DNA from: Candidatus Thorarchaeota archaeon
GTDB taxonomy: Archaea > Asgardarchaeota > Thorarchaeia > Thorarchaeales > Thorarchaeaceae
Length of the DNA: 64,000 bases
Assembly (NCBI GenBank): GCA_016933575.1
Contig: JAFGAR010000081.1
Coordinates: 201,020-265,019 of the forward strand
Reading direction: 5' to 3'
The translations under genes and the position numbers were made by a program. This document shows, piece by piece, positions 8,377 through 17,823 of the stretch (the stretch's first letter is position 1; every line of letters begins with the position of its first letter). The notes under the pieces are model-generated. The model was not told where the DNA came from. It saw nothing but the letters and a program-made list of their open reading frames with translations, and did no database searches.

Positions 8377-9969
8377 ATGATGTCCGACTCTGTACTCATC
8401 ATCGATGCATTAAGCGCTGGGTCTGGGAAACGAACCAGTTCTAGGGATTCTATCGGTTGTGGACCCAGAAGCGTAGCAGGGATTTTTGAGAAGCATGGAT
8501 TTGACTGCAGAATCTATAGGGCTGAAGAGATTCTTGAGAAAAAGAGTATAATGAGAAAGTTCGATCACATTGCTATCAGCTCTATGACCATGGACATGCC
8601 AGCTACTAGGAAGATCATGAACCTGTGGCGGAGCGGGGCTCGACATTCTGGTAGAGCTATTATTGGAGGTCCTATCGCTTCAGATTCTCGGGTGATTATA
8701 AAATTAGGTGCAGATCTCCTCGTTATTGGTGAAGGTGAGGCTACACTCGAGGAGTTGATTGAGCGGGACTATTTCCATGAGAAGATCGAGTTGTTGGACG
8801 TTCTTGGAATTGCTTTTGCAATCAATGGAAGAGTAGCATATACAAGGCCTCGTGAATTCATATCATCAGAATCTCTCTCATCTGATTTTCTACCATCCAC
8901 CACACGAATACTTGACTACAAGGCGTATCAAGCAAGTAAGGTCTATGTGGAGGTAACTCGGGGTTGCTCCAATTTTAGAAGGACTCGACTTCCCCTGTTA
9001 AATGGAAGTCAATGTTCTGAATGTGGAAATTGCGATGCTGACGAACCCGAAACACGTTTAGATTGCCCAGAAGATATTCCGCCTGGTTGTGGATTCTGTA
9101 GCGTTCCCGGAACGTGGGGCCCTCCAAGAAGCAGGTCTGCAGTGAGTATTGTGAGAGAGATCAAAGAACTTCTGGACTTAGGGGTCCATAAAATTGTCCT
9201 CGAGTCTCCTGGTTTCCTAGACTACTTCCGTGGATCCGAACCCCTCACAGATCCCTGTCATCCACCAGCTAATCTGTCTGCTATCAAGGATTTACTAGGG
9301 CAGATCAATAATCTGCCTCAAGTGATTGATGGAACTGCTCACATTACCATTGAGAACATGAAAGCGTGCCTGTTTACTGATGAGGTTGCACAGATGTTAG
9401 TTGAGTCAATGATGTCGAGTTCTCCAAATATTGGTCTTGAGACCGGTTCTGAAAAGCACATGCATCAGATCGGTAAATGTGGAAATCCGCAGGATGTCCT
9501 TTCTGCTGTGAAAATTGCGAGTAAGTATGGAATGAAACCCTTTGTGTATTTCATCTATGGTCTCCCTGGAGAGGATGAAGACAGTGTGAACGATTCTATT
9601 ACCATGATGCGGCAAATCAGTGAGGCTGGAGCTGAGAGAATAATTCTGTATGGCTTTAGATCCTTGCCTGGGTCTGCCTTTGAGAACTACCCCTCCTCCT
9701 CAACCAGTAATCCACTTGGGGCTATACTCAGGAGGGAAGCTGATAGAATCAATCGAGTGAAGAAGGATGACTACATCGGAAAGATTGTTCGTGGTATTGC
9801 AGCTGAACAATCCTGGGTCAATAGAGGATACACCATGGTCTATCCCTTGGAAGAAGGTCCCCTCATGACAGTGCCTGGCGGCTTTTCTGCAGGAACACTC
9901 CTGAACATTCGAATAACCAAGGTTCTTAGTAGCGGCCTCCTTGAGGGAGTGGCCCTTCAATCATCCTAA
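8377..9969 (+). CDS. B12-binding radical SAM protein with probable C-terminal TRAM domain
   Basis: IIGGP, GEGE, VEVTRGC...GCGFC, IGLETGS, FIYGLPGE. Confidence 0.85.
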   Translation: MMSDSVLIIDALSAGSGKRTSSRDSIGCGPRSVAGIFEKHGFDCRIYRAEEILEKKSIMRKFDHIAISSMTMDMPATRKIMNLWRSGARHSGRAIIGGPIASDSRVIIKLGADLLVIGEGEATLEELIERDYFHEKIELLDVLGIAFAINGRVAYTRPREFISSESLSSDFLPSTTRILDYKAYQASKVYVEVTRGCSNFRRTRLPLLNGSQCSECGNCDADEPETRLDCPEDIPPGCGFCSVPGTWGPPRSRSAVSIVREIKELLDLGVHKIVLESPGFLDYFRGSEPLTDPCHPPANLSAIKDLLGQINNLPQVIDGTAHITIENMKACLFTDEVAQMLVESMMSSSPNIGLETGSEKHMHQIGKCGNPQDVLSAVKIASKYGMKPFVYFIYGLPGEDEDSVNDSITMMRQISEAGAERIILYGFRSLPGSAFENYPSSSTSNPLGAILRREADRINRVKKDDYIGKIVRGIAAEQSWVNRGYTMVYPLEEGPLMTVPGGFSAGTLLNIRITKVLSSGLLEGVALQSS

Positions 9970-10027
9970 CAGCTCTAGGCAAAGCTTCATATTATCATAT
10001 CTTTGAGAAACTGAGTGGTGGTTCACC

Positions 10028-10171
10028 GTGGTATACACCTGTCATAATTGTCATAGAGAAGTAACCCCTGATGGTCTGAAGACCCTCCCAGGAGTCAAAT
10101 GTCCGTACTGCGGTGGTAGAATTCTCTACAAGGTTCGTCCGCCAGTTGTCAAAAGGGTCAAGGGTGCTTGA
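10028..10171 (+). CDS. rpoP: DNA-directed RNA polymerase subunit P (Rpo12), 47 aa; below the ORF-track cutoff
   Basis: MVYTCHNCHREVTPDGLKTLPGVKCPYCGGRILYKVRPPVVKRVKGA. Confidence 0.93.
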   Translation: MVYTCHNCHREVTPDGLKTLPGVKCPYCGGRILYKVRPPVVKRVKGA

Positions 10172-10189
10172 TTCGACTCCTTTTCTAAT

Positions 10190-10291
10190 CTATATTAGTC
10201 CCAGAAGTAACATTGTTGTGATTACTGTAGAGGCAATCAGCAGTACCAAGAAACAGACCGAATACACCTTTCTTCTAGTTTCGCGTTTCAT
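10190..10291 (-). CDS. 33-aa single-TM microprotein
   Basis: MKRETRRKVYSVCFLVLLIASTVITTMLLLGLI; ATG 2 nt after the Get3 stop, GGAGGA upstream. Confidence 0.6.
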   Translation of the reverse strand: MKRETRRKVYSVCFLVLLIASTVITTMLLLGLI

Positions 10292-10293
10292 TT

Positions 10294-11265
10294 TCAGTCC
10301 TCCGTGTGATTGTTTCCAATGAGAATTTCGCCAAGTCTAGTGAGCCCTTCAATACCTCTAATCTCACCATCAAACAGAGGTACTTCTGTAAGGTCTAAGT
10401 CTGAGTAGAGGTCCCTGATATCATTAAGGTTTGCCTGTTGCATCTCGTATCGCTTTGTACAGAACTGACAGGTAGGATTTGGTGGTACAAGTTGATTGAC
10501 AACCATATTATTGGCTGGAATGTGCCACGTATTCAGACTGGCTAAAAGTCGTTGAGTTTCAAAGACTGCCATTGCTTCCGGAATCATGACCACAACGAAC
10601 TGTGTTGTGTCCGGATCTGAGAGTTCAATTCTTGCCTGTCGAATCTTATCCTTTGTCTGTTGGATCATCTTCCAAGAATCGTCTTCTTGCTCTTGCCCCC
10701 CACCAAACAGTCCTCTTAGACCTCCAAGCATCGAACTCAACCTCTGGCGAAGTGTTAGCATTTTTCCCAGCCAGCTATCAAGAAGATCTGGCAACTCCAG
10801 AAGTTTCAAAGTATGTCCTGTCGGAGCAGTATCGAAGATGACCCTGTCATAGGACGAGTCTTCTATAAACTCCAAGATCTTGCCAAATGCCATAGCCTCA
10901 TCTGATCCCGGTGGTGACATTCCTGTCATATCCCCCATCAGATTCGCAGCCATCTGAGCTTCGGGACCAGCCATACCATCGCCTACTATGTTCTGAAATT
11001 CCTGCATACCCTTCTCAGCATTGATCTCCATTCCCCAAAGATTATCAAAACCCTTGATAGGAATAACTTCTCCGCCTGAGAGATCTTGGTCAAAACTATC
11101 ACTCAGACTATGAGCTGGGTCAGTAGATAGAACGAGTGTTCGAAAACCATGTCTTGCAGATAGTACTGCCATAGCCCCTGCACAACTTGTCTTTCCGACA
11201 CCACCCTTGCCTCCAGAGAGGATGAACTTGAGAGAGTCCTTGTATACAACATCGCGGAGAGTCAT
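10294..11265 (-). CDS. Get3/TRC40/ArsA family ATPase
   Basis: GGKGGVGKT, STDPAHSLSD, DTAPTGHT, Met-rich insert, C-terminal CQFC. Confidence 0.92.
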   Translation of the reverse strand: MTLRDVVYKDSLKFILSGGKGGVGKTSCAGAMAVLSARHGFRTLVLSTDPAHSLSDSFDQDLSGGEVIPIKGFDNLWGMEINAEKGMQEFQNIVGDGMAGPEAQMAANLMGDMTGMSPPGSDEAMAFGKILEFIEDSSYDRVIFDTAPTGHTLKLLELPDLLDSWLGKMLTLRQRLSSMLGGLRGLFGGGQEQEDDSWKMIQQTKDKIRQARIELSDPDTTQFVVVMIPEAMAVFETQRLLASLNTWHIPANNMVVNQLVPPNPTCQFCTKRYEMQQANLNDIRDLYSDLDLTEVPLFDGEIRGIEGLTRLGEILIGNNHTED

Positions 11266-11346
11266 GAATCGACCTCAATGTGGTCAAAAAACCGAATTCC
11301 ACATTAATCCTTCCATAGGTTAAAGAGGTCACAAGGAGCTCATAGA

Positions 11347-12156
11347 GTGAATGCACGCATCCAAAGACAGCTGACAAAACTTATTGAGTACTCTTTGGCA
11401 CCCAATTTACTGTATATAGAGGGAAGAGGAATGTCGTTTCCACAAGTCCGAACAACAGCTATCGAGTTCCCATCTACATTATTGGCACTCTTAGGACTTG
11501 AGATACCTGATGGTCTGTATCCTGCAAATGATGAACTGACCAAGAAGTTCAATCCCAAAGCAGTGGTTCTAGTTGTGATAGATAACTTTGGTCTCTTTGA
11601 GGCTGTAGTCTATAAACCGGAGGCTTTGATTAAGAATATGGAAGCCTTAGCACTCATAGAAACCGATGATCCCTATGCAGTTCCTCTGATGAAGACCATA
11701 TTTGCAGGGTCCCGTGACGGGTTTCACTTGATTAACTATGTAAAGAATTCTGGAAAGGTCACAAAGGTCATCTGTAGAGAGCAAGACATTGCCACTTTTG
11801 GGTTTGATCCTTCATATACTGTTAGTCCGCGCGATGACATGGCTACGTATATCGAATCAACTAAACATATCTTCAAGAGTGAATTACTATATCTTCACTT
11901 CTTGGACTTTGAGAGTCTTTACGCTCAATATGGGCACAGGACACCACCGAAGACCCTTCTTGAGAAGATTGTTAGACGTACAGATAATTGGATTAAGGTA
12001 CTACTACGTCAGGCACGTGATGATACTCTCTTTGTAGTAATAGGCAATCATGGGCGCCATCCTGTACCCTTAAACTATGAGGGGAAGCTGGCTGAATGGC
12101 GAAATGCCAATGCTCCTATTGCAATCATATTCCAGAAGCGAAAGTCGTCTACCTAG
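11347..12156 (+). CDS. Alkaline phosphatase superfamily-like protein (divergent)
   Basis: VVLVVIDNFG, YLHFLDFE, VVIGNHG. Confidence 0.55.
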   Translation: MNARIQRQLTKLIEYSLAPNLLYIEGRGMSFPQVRTTAIEFPSTLLALLGLEIPDGLYPANDELTKKFNPKAVVLVVIDNFGLFEAVVYKPEALIKNMEALALIETDDPYAVPLMKTIFAGSRDGFHLINYVKNSGKVTKVICREQDIATFGFDPSYTVSPRDDMATYIESTKHIFKSELLYLHFLDFESLYAQYGHRTPPKTLLEKIVRRTDNWIKVLLRQARDDTLFVVIGNHGRHPVPLNYEGKLAEWRNANAPIAIIFQKRKSST

Positions 12157-12962
12157 ACCAAAGGTAGGAGTGTTGGCAATCCAAATACTATTGCTATCAT
12201 GGCTAGGACAAGACAGAGCTTCCAGAAGCTGATTTTTCGAGCCAGGCGTAGCAGGAACTCCATGGAAAGAAGACCAACAACGAATACTATCAGCTCTATG
12301 AGTATCAGGTCTATGATATCTATGCTAGCTGGAATAGTATTGCCTGTAACTATCTCTACTGCAAGAATACCTAAGACTGCTGGAACACTCATCAAGAAGC
12401 TGAATCTAAGGGCGGTTTCTTTGTCAATTCTCTGCATGAGAAGAGCTGAAACAGTCACGCCTGATCGGCTCAGTCCTGGTAACACAGAGCTCCCTTGAAC
12501 AAGTCCAGTCACTAAGGCTTCCCGGTTGGTAGGTTCCCTTATCTCTGATGGTGTTGAATTCTCTTCAGTCTTTTGACGCGTTGGCAAGTAGAGCATAATC
12601 GCTGTGATCAGTAGAAGTACACCAACAAGGATGTTCAACATCTCTCCTTGGAAAGCAGCTATACTGTCCTTCAAAAAGACATACAGAGGAATCGCAGTGA
12701 TCGCTGTTGCTACTGTGGCAATAAGTAATAATCTTGTCAACTGTCTATCTTTGAGCGAAATGATGTTGAGGATGATCCTCGGGTACCGAACAATAACTGC
12801 TAGGGCAGTGCCCAAATGGAGCCAAACAACTAGGGAAACAATCTCACTTGCAGGGACTGACGTAAAATTATAGATAAAGAACACAACCTGTCCTTCACTA
12901 CTGATTGGCAACCATTCAACAAGTCCTTGCAAGAGAGCCACAATTATCTGCCAGAGCTCCAT
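12153..12962 (-). CDS. uppP: Undecaprenyl-diphosphate phosphatase (BacA/UppP family)
   Basis: QGLVEWLPISSEG, HLGT, PGLSRSG, FSFLMSVPA. Confidence 0.92.
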   Translation of the reverse strand: MELWQIIVALLQGLVEWLPISSEGQVVFFIYNFTSVPASEIVSLVVWLHLGTALAVIVRYPRIILNIISLKDRQLTRLLLIATVATAITAIPLYVFLKDSIAAFQGEMLNILVGVLLLITAIMLYLPTRQKTEENSTPSEIREPTNREALVTGLVQGSSVLPGLSRSGVTVSALLMQRIDKETALRFSFLMSVPAVLGILAVEIVTGNTIPASIDIIDLILIELIVFVVGLLSMEFLLRLARKISFWKLCLVLAMIAIVFGLPTLLPLV

Positions 12963-13038
12963 TTCTCATCAAATCCTACCCATTCGCGATATGCAGAAGA
13001 ATTAAAAAGATAGTCCAACCGACTCCAGCTTAACGTGG

Positions 13039-13710
13039 GTGCCTTCAATGGTGTTAGATAATGAACGATTCCTAAGTTCCGAACTTGCAAACATTAGTCA
13101 GATGCTGGAAGAGCATTTTCGAGCAGCTTTGTCGGCAAGTAAAATTGTGCACGTTGCAGTAACCGATTGGTTGAATGGCAAAAAAGCAATCGACCCGGAA
13201 GAGCTGCAAAAGGTCACTGCTCTTGAAGAGAAGGGTGATGAACTAAAACACACTATACTCAATGAACTGGCAAAAGCGAGTACATTGATGCAGCGCGAGG
13301 ACCTTCTCCGACTTGTACATTATAACGATAAACTTACAGATGGCGCTGAATGGTGTATTTACCACTTGTCAGCCATCATAGGTTTCTGGACTCCTGATGG
13401 TGAGATAAAGGATAAGATTGCTAAGATGAGTGATTTGGTGCTGGAGGAGATTACCCAGCAACGAGAAGCTGTGCGATTCCTTTCTATCAATATGCAAGAG
13501 TCTATGAAGCGTGCTGATGAAATCTGTAAGATTGAGAAACAGATAGATGTTCTTCAGAGAGAGATTGTGACATTGCTCTATCCAGCCCAAATCCCTCTTG
13601 CTGTGCTATTGAGATTCCGTGATTTTATCAATATGATGGAGGACATAGCTAACTTCGGTGAGGATGCAGCCATCACAATCAGGGCACTCTCACTCACTCT
13701 GAATATGTGA
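13039..13710 (+). CDS. DUF47 / PhoU-like helical protein
   Basis: LEEKGDELK, REDLLRL, IEKQID, EDIANFGED. Confidence 0.8.
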   Translation: MPSMVLDNERFLSSELANISQMLEEHFRAALSASKIVHVAVTDWLNGKKAIDPEELQKVTALEEKGDELKHTILNELAKASTLMQREDLLRLVHYNDKLTDGAEWCIYHLSAIIGFWTPDGEIKDKIAKMSDLVLEEITQQREAVRFLSINMQESMKRADEICKIEKQIDVLQREIVTLLYPAQIPLAVLLRFRDFINMMEDIANFGEDAAITIRALSLTLNM

Positions 13711-13728
13711 TTTAGCTGGTGTCATTGA

Positions 13729-14295
13729 TTGACTGAAGATAATCATGGGGTCGCAGTTGCCAAACTTATCGGTGATCGGGCAATAGTCTGGAATCCCGAT
13801 GATGGGATGCGGCTCTATGATCAAGGGTATTATGGACAACCTGTGGGCATAAGGAAACCCAAGTCACCAGTCTTTGATAAGCCTCTTGAGCTCTCGTTAG
13901 TAGAATGTGCTTACCTGACGCGGGAAAATATAGTACAGGTTGTCGACTCAACTGATAATCATATTCTTACCCTTGATGAGCTTCTTTCAATGGGATTGAA
14001 GATATCTGATGATTTCAAAGACAGATTCTTAGTCTATGCACAGCTGCGAGAGCGTGGTTACATTGTACGTCCCGGATTGAAATTTGGTACTGATTTTGCA
14101 GTATATGAGAAAGGACCTGGTATAGATCATGCACCTTTTCTTGTTCATGTGATTGCCCAGAAGACTGGTGTGGTTCCTCTGGATATTGTTCGTGCTGGAA
14201 GACTCGCAACCAGCGTAAAGAAGCGATTCATCATTGCCACGGTGAAGGAGAATGGGGAGATAGCTCATTATTCATTCATCTGGCACCGACCATAA
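13729..14295 (+). CDS. endA: tRNA-intron endonuclease
   Basis: LSLVECAYL, VYAQLRERGY, GLKFGTDFAVY, H, GRLATSVKK. Confidence 0.93.
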   Translation: MTEDNHGVAVAKLIGDRAIVWNPDDGMRLYDQGYYGQPVGIRKPKSPVFDKPLELSLVECAYLTRENIVQVVDSTDNHILTLDELLSMGLKISDDFKDRFLVYAQLRERGYIVRPGLKFGTDFAVYEKGPGIDHAPFLVHVIAQKTGVVPLDIVRAGRLATSVKKRFIIATVKENGEIAHYSFIWHRP

Positions 14296-14378
14296 TACCA
14301 GGATTATCCATGAGCAAAACAATTAAGTTGGCAATCGCGAAGATGATAGTAACATCTAGCCCCTGAGGATGAATCCTG

Positions 14379-14696
14379 ATGGCTAATAAAGCTGAGAACG
14401 CGAAGGCTTTTGGTTTGCTGTTGGCCGAAGCCTGGGAGAACACTCCCTCATTCATATGCAGCAACGAGGACTACATATATTGTTTGTATCCTGCCGATGA
14501 GACGAAGGTCAAGTGGGTGGAAGCATCACTCACCTTTCCAGATGGATCTTTGGATAAGAAAGATATTGATCCTGTCAAGGCGATAGCACTATTGGTAGAG
14601 GAACTTAAGGTACTCCCCAATTATGGTGCAGATACCATAGTGACTACGAAAGCCCAACTGGATGAAGTTGCGGGTCGCCTTGGTAGCCTGACATAG
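14379..14696 (+). CDS. Hypothetical protein
   Basis: 105-aa ORF, co-oriented with neighbours, GAGGA upstream. Confidence 0.7.
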   Translation: MANKAENAKAFGLLLAEAWENTPSFICSNEDYIYCLYPADETKVKWVEASLTFPDGSLDKKDIDPVKAIALLVEELKVLPNYGADTIVTTKAQLDEVAGRLGSLT

Positions 14697-14754
14697 TGCG
14701 ATGGTCTATGGTCCTTTGTTTGGGACCAAATCATGTCACGGACGGAGCGGGATT

Positions 14755-15564
14755 ATGCCGGAAGTACTAGTTGTATGTCCTTCGTGTGGAAAAGAAGTTC
14801 CTGAAGGGAAATTCTGTAATATCTGTGGGGAGCTCCTTCCTCCATTACAAGATGATATTGGTTCTAGGTCAGAGGATGTCACTTCTACTCAGAACCATGA
14901 TATGATTTCTACAGAAGATAAAGCCCCACTAGAGCCCCTTTCACTACCACATTTCGATGTGGTCATAGAGGATATGCCTTATGAAGCCGCAGTCATTCTA
15001 CTATCAAGTTCGGAGCTTGTTGAAATCGACAAAGAACTAGACCGGATAATAGAGCAGACAAAAGCAACGCGCCAAGCACTTCAGCTGCAACAGGCTGATA
15101 GGACCGTTCTCACAGCACGCGCAGAAACACTACGACAGCAGTTTGAAAAGACTCGAGAGCGTCGTCGCGAACTAATCTCAGTTAAAGATAGGCTCGTTCT
15201 TGAGAAGATTCTTGAGGCTCTTGACAAACAAGAAGCACGACTATCCAAACTGGATGAAATTGCTGGTACGCTGGATAAGGAGGTCTATCAGGAGCAACGA
15301 GTAGAAATTCTTCACGCGATCAAAGATCTCCGAATGAACCTCAAAGAGGCAACAAAATCTGGCACAAAGTGGTCTAAGGGCATTAAGACCACTCTGAAGA
15401 AGCTTGGTAAAGAATTGAATCGACTTGATGCTAAATTCAAGATTGGTGATGTTTCAAGAGAAAAATATGAGGAGTCAACATCAAGATTAGAACGAAGCGT
15501 TCGAATTGTCGAAGGTGGTCTGAAGCGACTAGATGAATCACTCAGTATAGCTAGGAAGAGATAA
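14755..15564 (+). CDS. Zinc-ribbon plus long coiled-coil protein (CdvA-like C-terminus)
   Basis: CPSCG..FCNICG; heptad helices ending AKFKIGDVSREKYE. Confidence 0.65.
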   Translation: MPEVLVVCPSCGKEVPEGKFCNICGELLPPLQDDIGSRSEDVTSTQNHDMISTEDKAPLEPLSLPHFDVVIEDMPYEAAVILLSSSELVEIDKELDRIIEQTKATRQALQLQQADRTVLTARAETLRQQFEKTRERRRELISVKDRLVLEKILEALDKQEARLSKLDEIAGTLDKEVYQEQRVEILHAIKDLRMNLKEATKSGTKWSKGIKTTLKKLGKELNRLDAKFKIGDVSREKYEESTSRLERSVRIVEGGLKRLDESLSIARKR

Positions 15565-15576
15565 GAAAATAGAAGC

Positions 15577-15897
15577 ATGATCTTGGAGCGTAAAAATATG
15601 GCAACAGGATATGTTGAATGTACTGCATTGTGCAAGAGTTTCAAGTGTGACAAACAACCTCCAGCTCTGAAGATTATCCAGAAGAGCGGTAAGAAAACAA
15701 TCTGGTGTACCTGGATTGATGAGGAATGTGACGGTCCATGGTGTAAATTTTCAAAATGCATGGAACGACGTATGACTGATGATGGACGATGTAAGCCTCC
15801 AATCAAAAAGGTCGAACCAGCAGTCCGTCAAGCCGATGACTTCGAATACCCTGATGCTATTCCAAAGGATATAGCTAAAAAACTCGGTAAGCGTTGA
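15577..15897 (+). CDS. Cys-rich small protein
   Basis: Eight cysteines in 106 aa. Confidence 0.7.
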   Translation: MILERKNMATGYVECTALCKSFKCDKQPPALKIIQKSGKKTIWCTWIDEECDGPWCKFSKCMERRMTDDGRCKPPIKKVEPAVRQADDFEYPDAIPKDIAKKLGKR

Positions 15898-15982
15898 GAC
15901 CTAGTGCCTAGACTTTTGTATAGGCCCCGCAATGTCTATAAGTAATACGAAGTCACTCGCACTCACACAAAGGTGAAATCAA

Positions 15983-16108
15983 GTGTTTGAGGAAATCCGT
16001 CCAGAGATGAGAGCTCTCATCTATTTCATGGTTGGAATATCGTTCTTAGGCATTGGCATCCTGTTAGGTCAGGCTGCTTTCGCTATCGGTTTTTTGACTT
16101 GGCCATAG
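15983..16108 (+). CDS. 41-aa membrane microprotein
   Basis: MFEEIRPEMRALIYFMVGISFLGIGILLGQAAFAIGFLTWP; AGGTGA RBS upstream of GTG. Confidence 0.65.
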   Translation: MFEEIRPEMRALIYFMVGISFLGIGILLGQAAFAIGFLTWP

Positions 16109-16142
16109 AAGCGCAGCGCCTGTAAGTCAGGGTGATTGCCTT

Positions 16143-17135
16143 TTGACACGAATTGATGATATTCTCGAACTATTGACCAATTTTGACGGCATTTCTCGTA
16201 AGTTTGTGTTACCATCAATTATAGACAAATTACGACTCAGTTCCTATAAGGGTGACACGCCCCATAGTTTGGGGGAAGACTCAGCTGCAATAGGTACAAA
16301 CTCTGATGACTTTGTCCTTCTCACTACTGATGCAATTGTTGAAGATCTCTGTCTCGGTCACCCGCGAGCGGCTGGATTCAATGCAGTTCTTGCTAATGCA
16401 ATGGATATCTATGCTGCGGGAGGTACTCCTACATCCTTTGCTGTTGCTCTTTCCTATGCAGATCCGAAGATAGGAGAGGCTATTCTGGATGGATTAATTA
16501 CAGGTTCTCATACATTCAAGATACCTATTGTCAGAGGCCATACAAATCCTCGTTCATCCTCTACATATGTTGTTGGATCTGCGACAGGAACTGTGCAGAA
16601 GAACAGTCTTCTTACAGCCGGTGGGGCCGAAGATGGTGACATATTGGTCATGCTCTTTGATAGGACCGGACAACGAGGGGCACATTATCATCTTGGATGG
16701 GATTCCGTAACGGATAGATCCTCTGAGAATGTTGTGAAACGATTGAGTGTTATGAATGAGATTGCTGGTAGACAATTAGTTACTGCTTCAAAGGATGTAT
16801 CTGTTGCAGGTATCGTTGGTACAGCAGCTATGATGTTGGAATATTCAGGAAAGGGGGGAACACTCGAACTGAATGCGATAGACAAAGCCAGGCCAAAAGA
16901 TATCCCTCTTGAGGACTGGTTACGTATGTATATCTCTCTCGGGTTCCTAGTTGCTACTCCTCTAAGCCATATCAATAACCTGAAGAAGATTGCACAGGCA
17001 CATGAGCTCTCTGCGTGTCGAATTGGTGTGGTCGATGATACCCGAGAGGTGAAGCTCTCACTTGATGGAGAGGTCCGTGTCATGTTTGATTTTACTAAGG
17101 GTCCTGTGTTGACTCCAAAGACTGGACATGTCTGA
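16143..17135 (+). CDS. AIR synthase (PurM/ThiL/SelD-fold) related protein
   Basis: GEDSAA, TTD, NAMDIYAAGG, GHT, KDVS; lacks the SelD N-terminal (U/C)xxK motif. Confidence 0.8.
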   Translation: MTRIDDILELLTNFDGISRKFVLPSIIDKLRLSSYKGDTPHSLGEDSAAIGTNSDDFVLLTTDAIVEDLCLGHPRAAGFNAVLANAMDIYAAGGTPTSFAVALSYADPKIGEAILDGLITGSHTFKIPIVRGHTNPRSSSTYVVGSATGTVQKNSLLTAGGAEDGDILVMLFDRTGQRGAHYHLGWDSVTDRSSENVVKRLSVMNEIAGRQLVTASKDVSVAGIVGTAAMMLEYSGKGGTLELNAIDKARPKDIPLEDWLRMYISLGFLVATPLSHINNLKKIAQAHELSACRIGVVDDTREVKLSLDGEVRVMFDFTKGPVLTPKTGHV

Positions 17136-17185
17136 TAGATAGCTGCGTTATAGTTATAATGTCCAAACATAGCTAGACTAGTGAA

Positions 17186-17410
17186 GTGTCCCAAGTGTCG
17201 ACAATCAAGGAGTGCAGCATTCTTGGCTGCAGAAAAACATCAAAGAGGTCTTTCGCCACAGTGCGAATCATGGAGAGTATCACCAACTCTAGTCTAAAAG
17301 TAAAGGACGCTCGAGCAAGGAAGATCTACCTGTGTGCAGATCACTGGAAGATTGTAAAGAAAGCCTTCAAGAAGGATACAAAGGGTGAGCGGCTTCGCTG
17401 GGGCCATTAG
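17186..17410 (+). CDS. Small basic Zn-binding protein
   Basis: CSILGC...YLCADHW. Confidence 0.65.
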   Translation: MSQVSTIKECSILGCRKTSKRSFATVRIMESITNSSLKVKDARARKIYLCADHWKIVKKAFKKDTKGERLRWGH

Positions 17411-17463
17411 TTTAGCATGGTATTGGAATGAGAGGCATTCCAATCAAGAGAAGGGGTGTTCCT

Positions 17464-17823
17464 ATGTCCAAACAGGGCAATAAACCTGGTGACCTAAAAC
17501 CAAACTTCAAACTCTGGTTTGAGAGCGATGATGAGTATATCTTCGGTCCCGGAGCCTGTGCAATTCTCAAGTCAATACATGAGGAAGGCACAATCACCAA
17601 GGGAGCTGAAAAACTTGGAATGTCTTACCGTTATGCATGGGGAGTAATTCGGAGGATCGAAAAGAAACTTGATACACATCTCATCGAGACATACAAGGGT
17701 GGACAGACTGGCGGGGGCGGTGCTCGAGTTACCGAATTTGGTCTACACTTGATCGAGACGTATACTAATCTAAACGATACACTTGAGCGTGCAGTTCAAC
17801 GGTCTGGTCATATTACTCTATGA
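17464..17823 (+). CDS. ModE-type winged HTH regulator
   Basis: IFGPG, GTITKGAE, MSYRYAW, GGQTGGGARVT. Confidence 0.88.
   Translation: MSKQGNKPGDLKPNFKLWFESDDEYIFGPGACAILKSIHEEGTITKGAEKLGMSYRYAWGVIRRIEKKLDTHLIETYKGGQTGGGGARVTEFGLHLIETYTNLNDTLERAVQRSGHITL

Noticed and set aside
16143-17135. Selenophosphate synthetase SelD
   Set aside because: Same fold, but no N-terminal (U/C)xxK motif, and no upstream UGA-containing extension supplying one was found.
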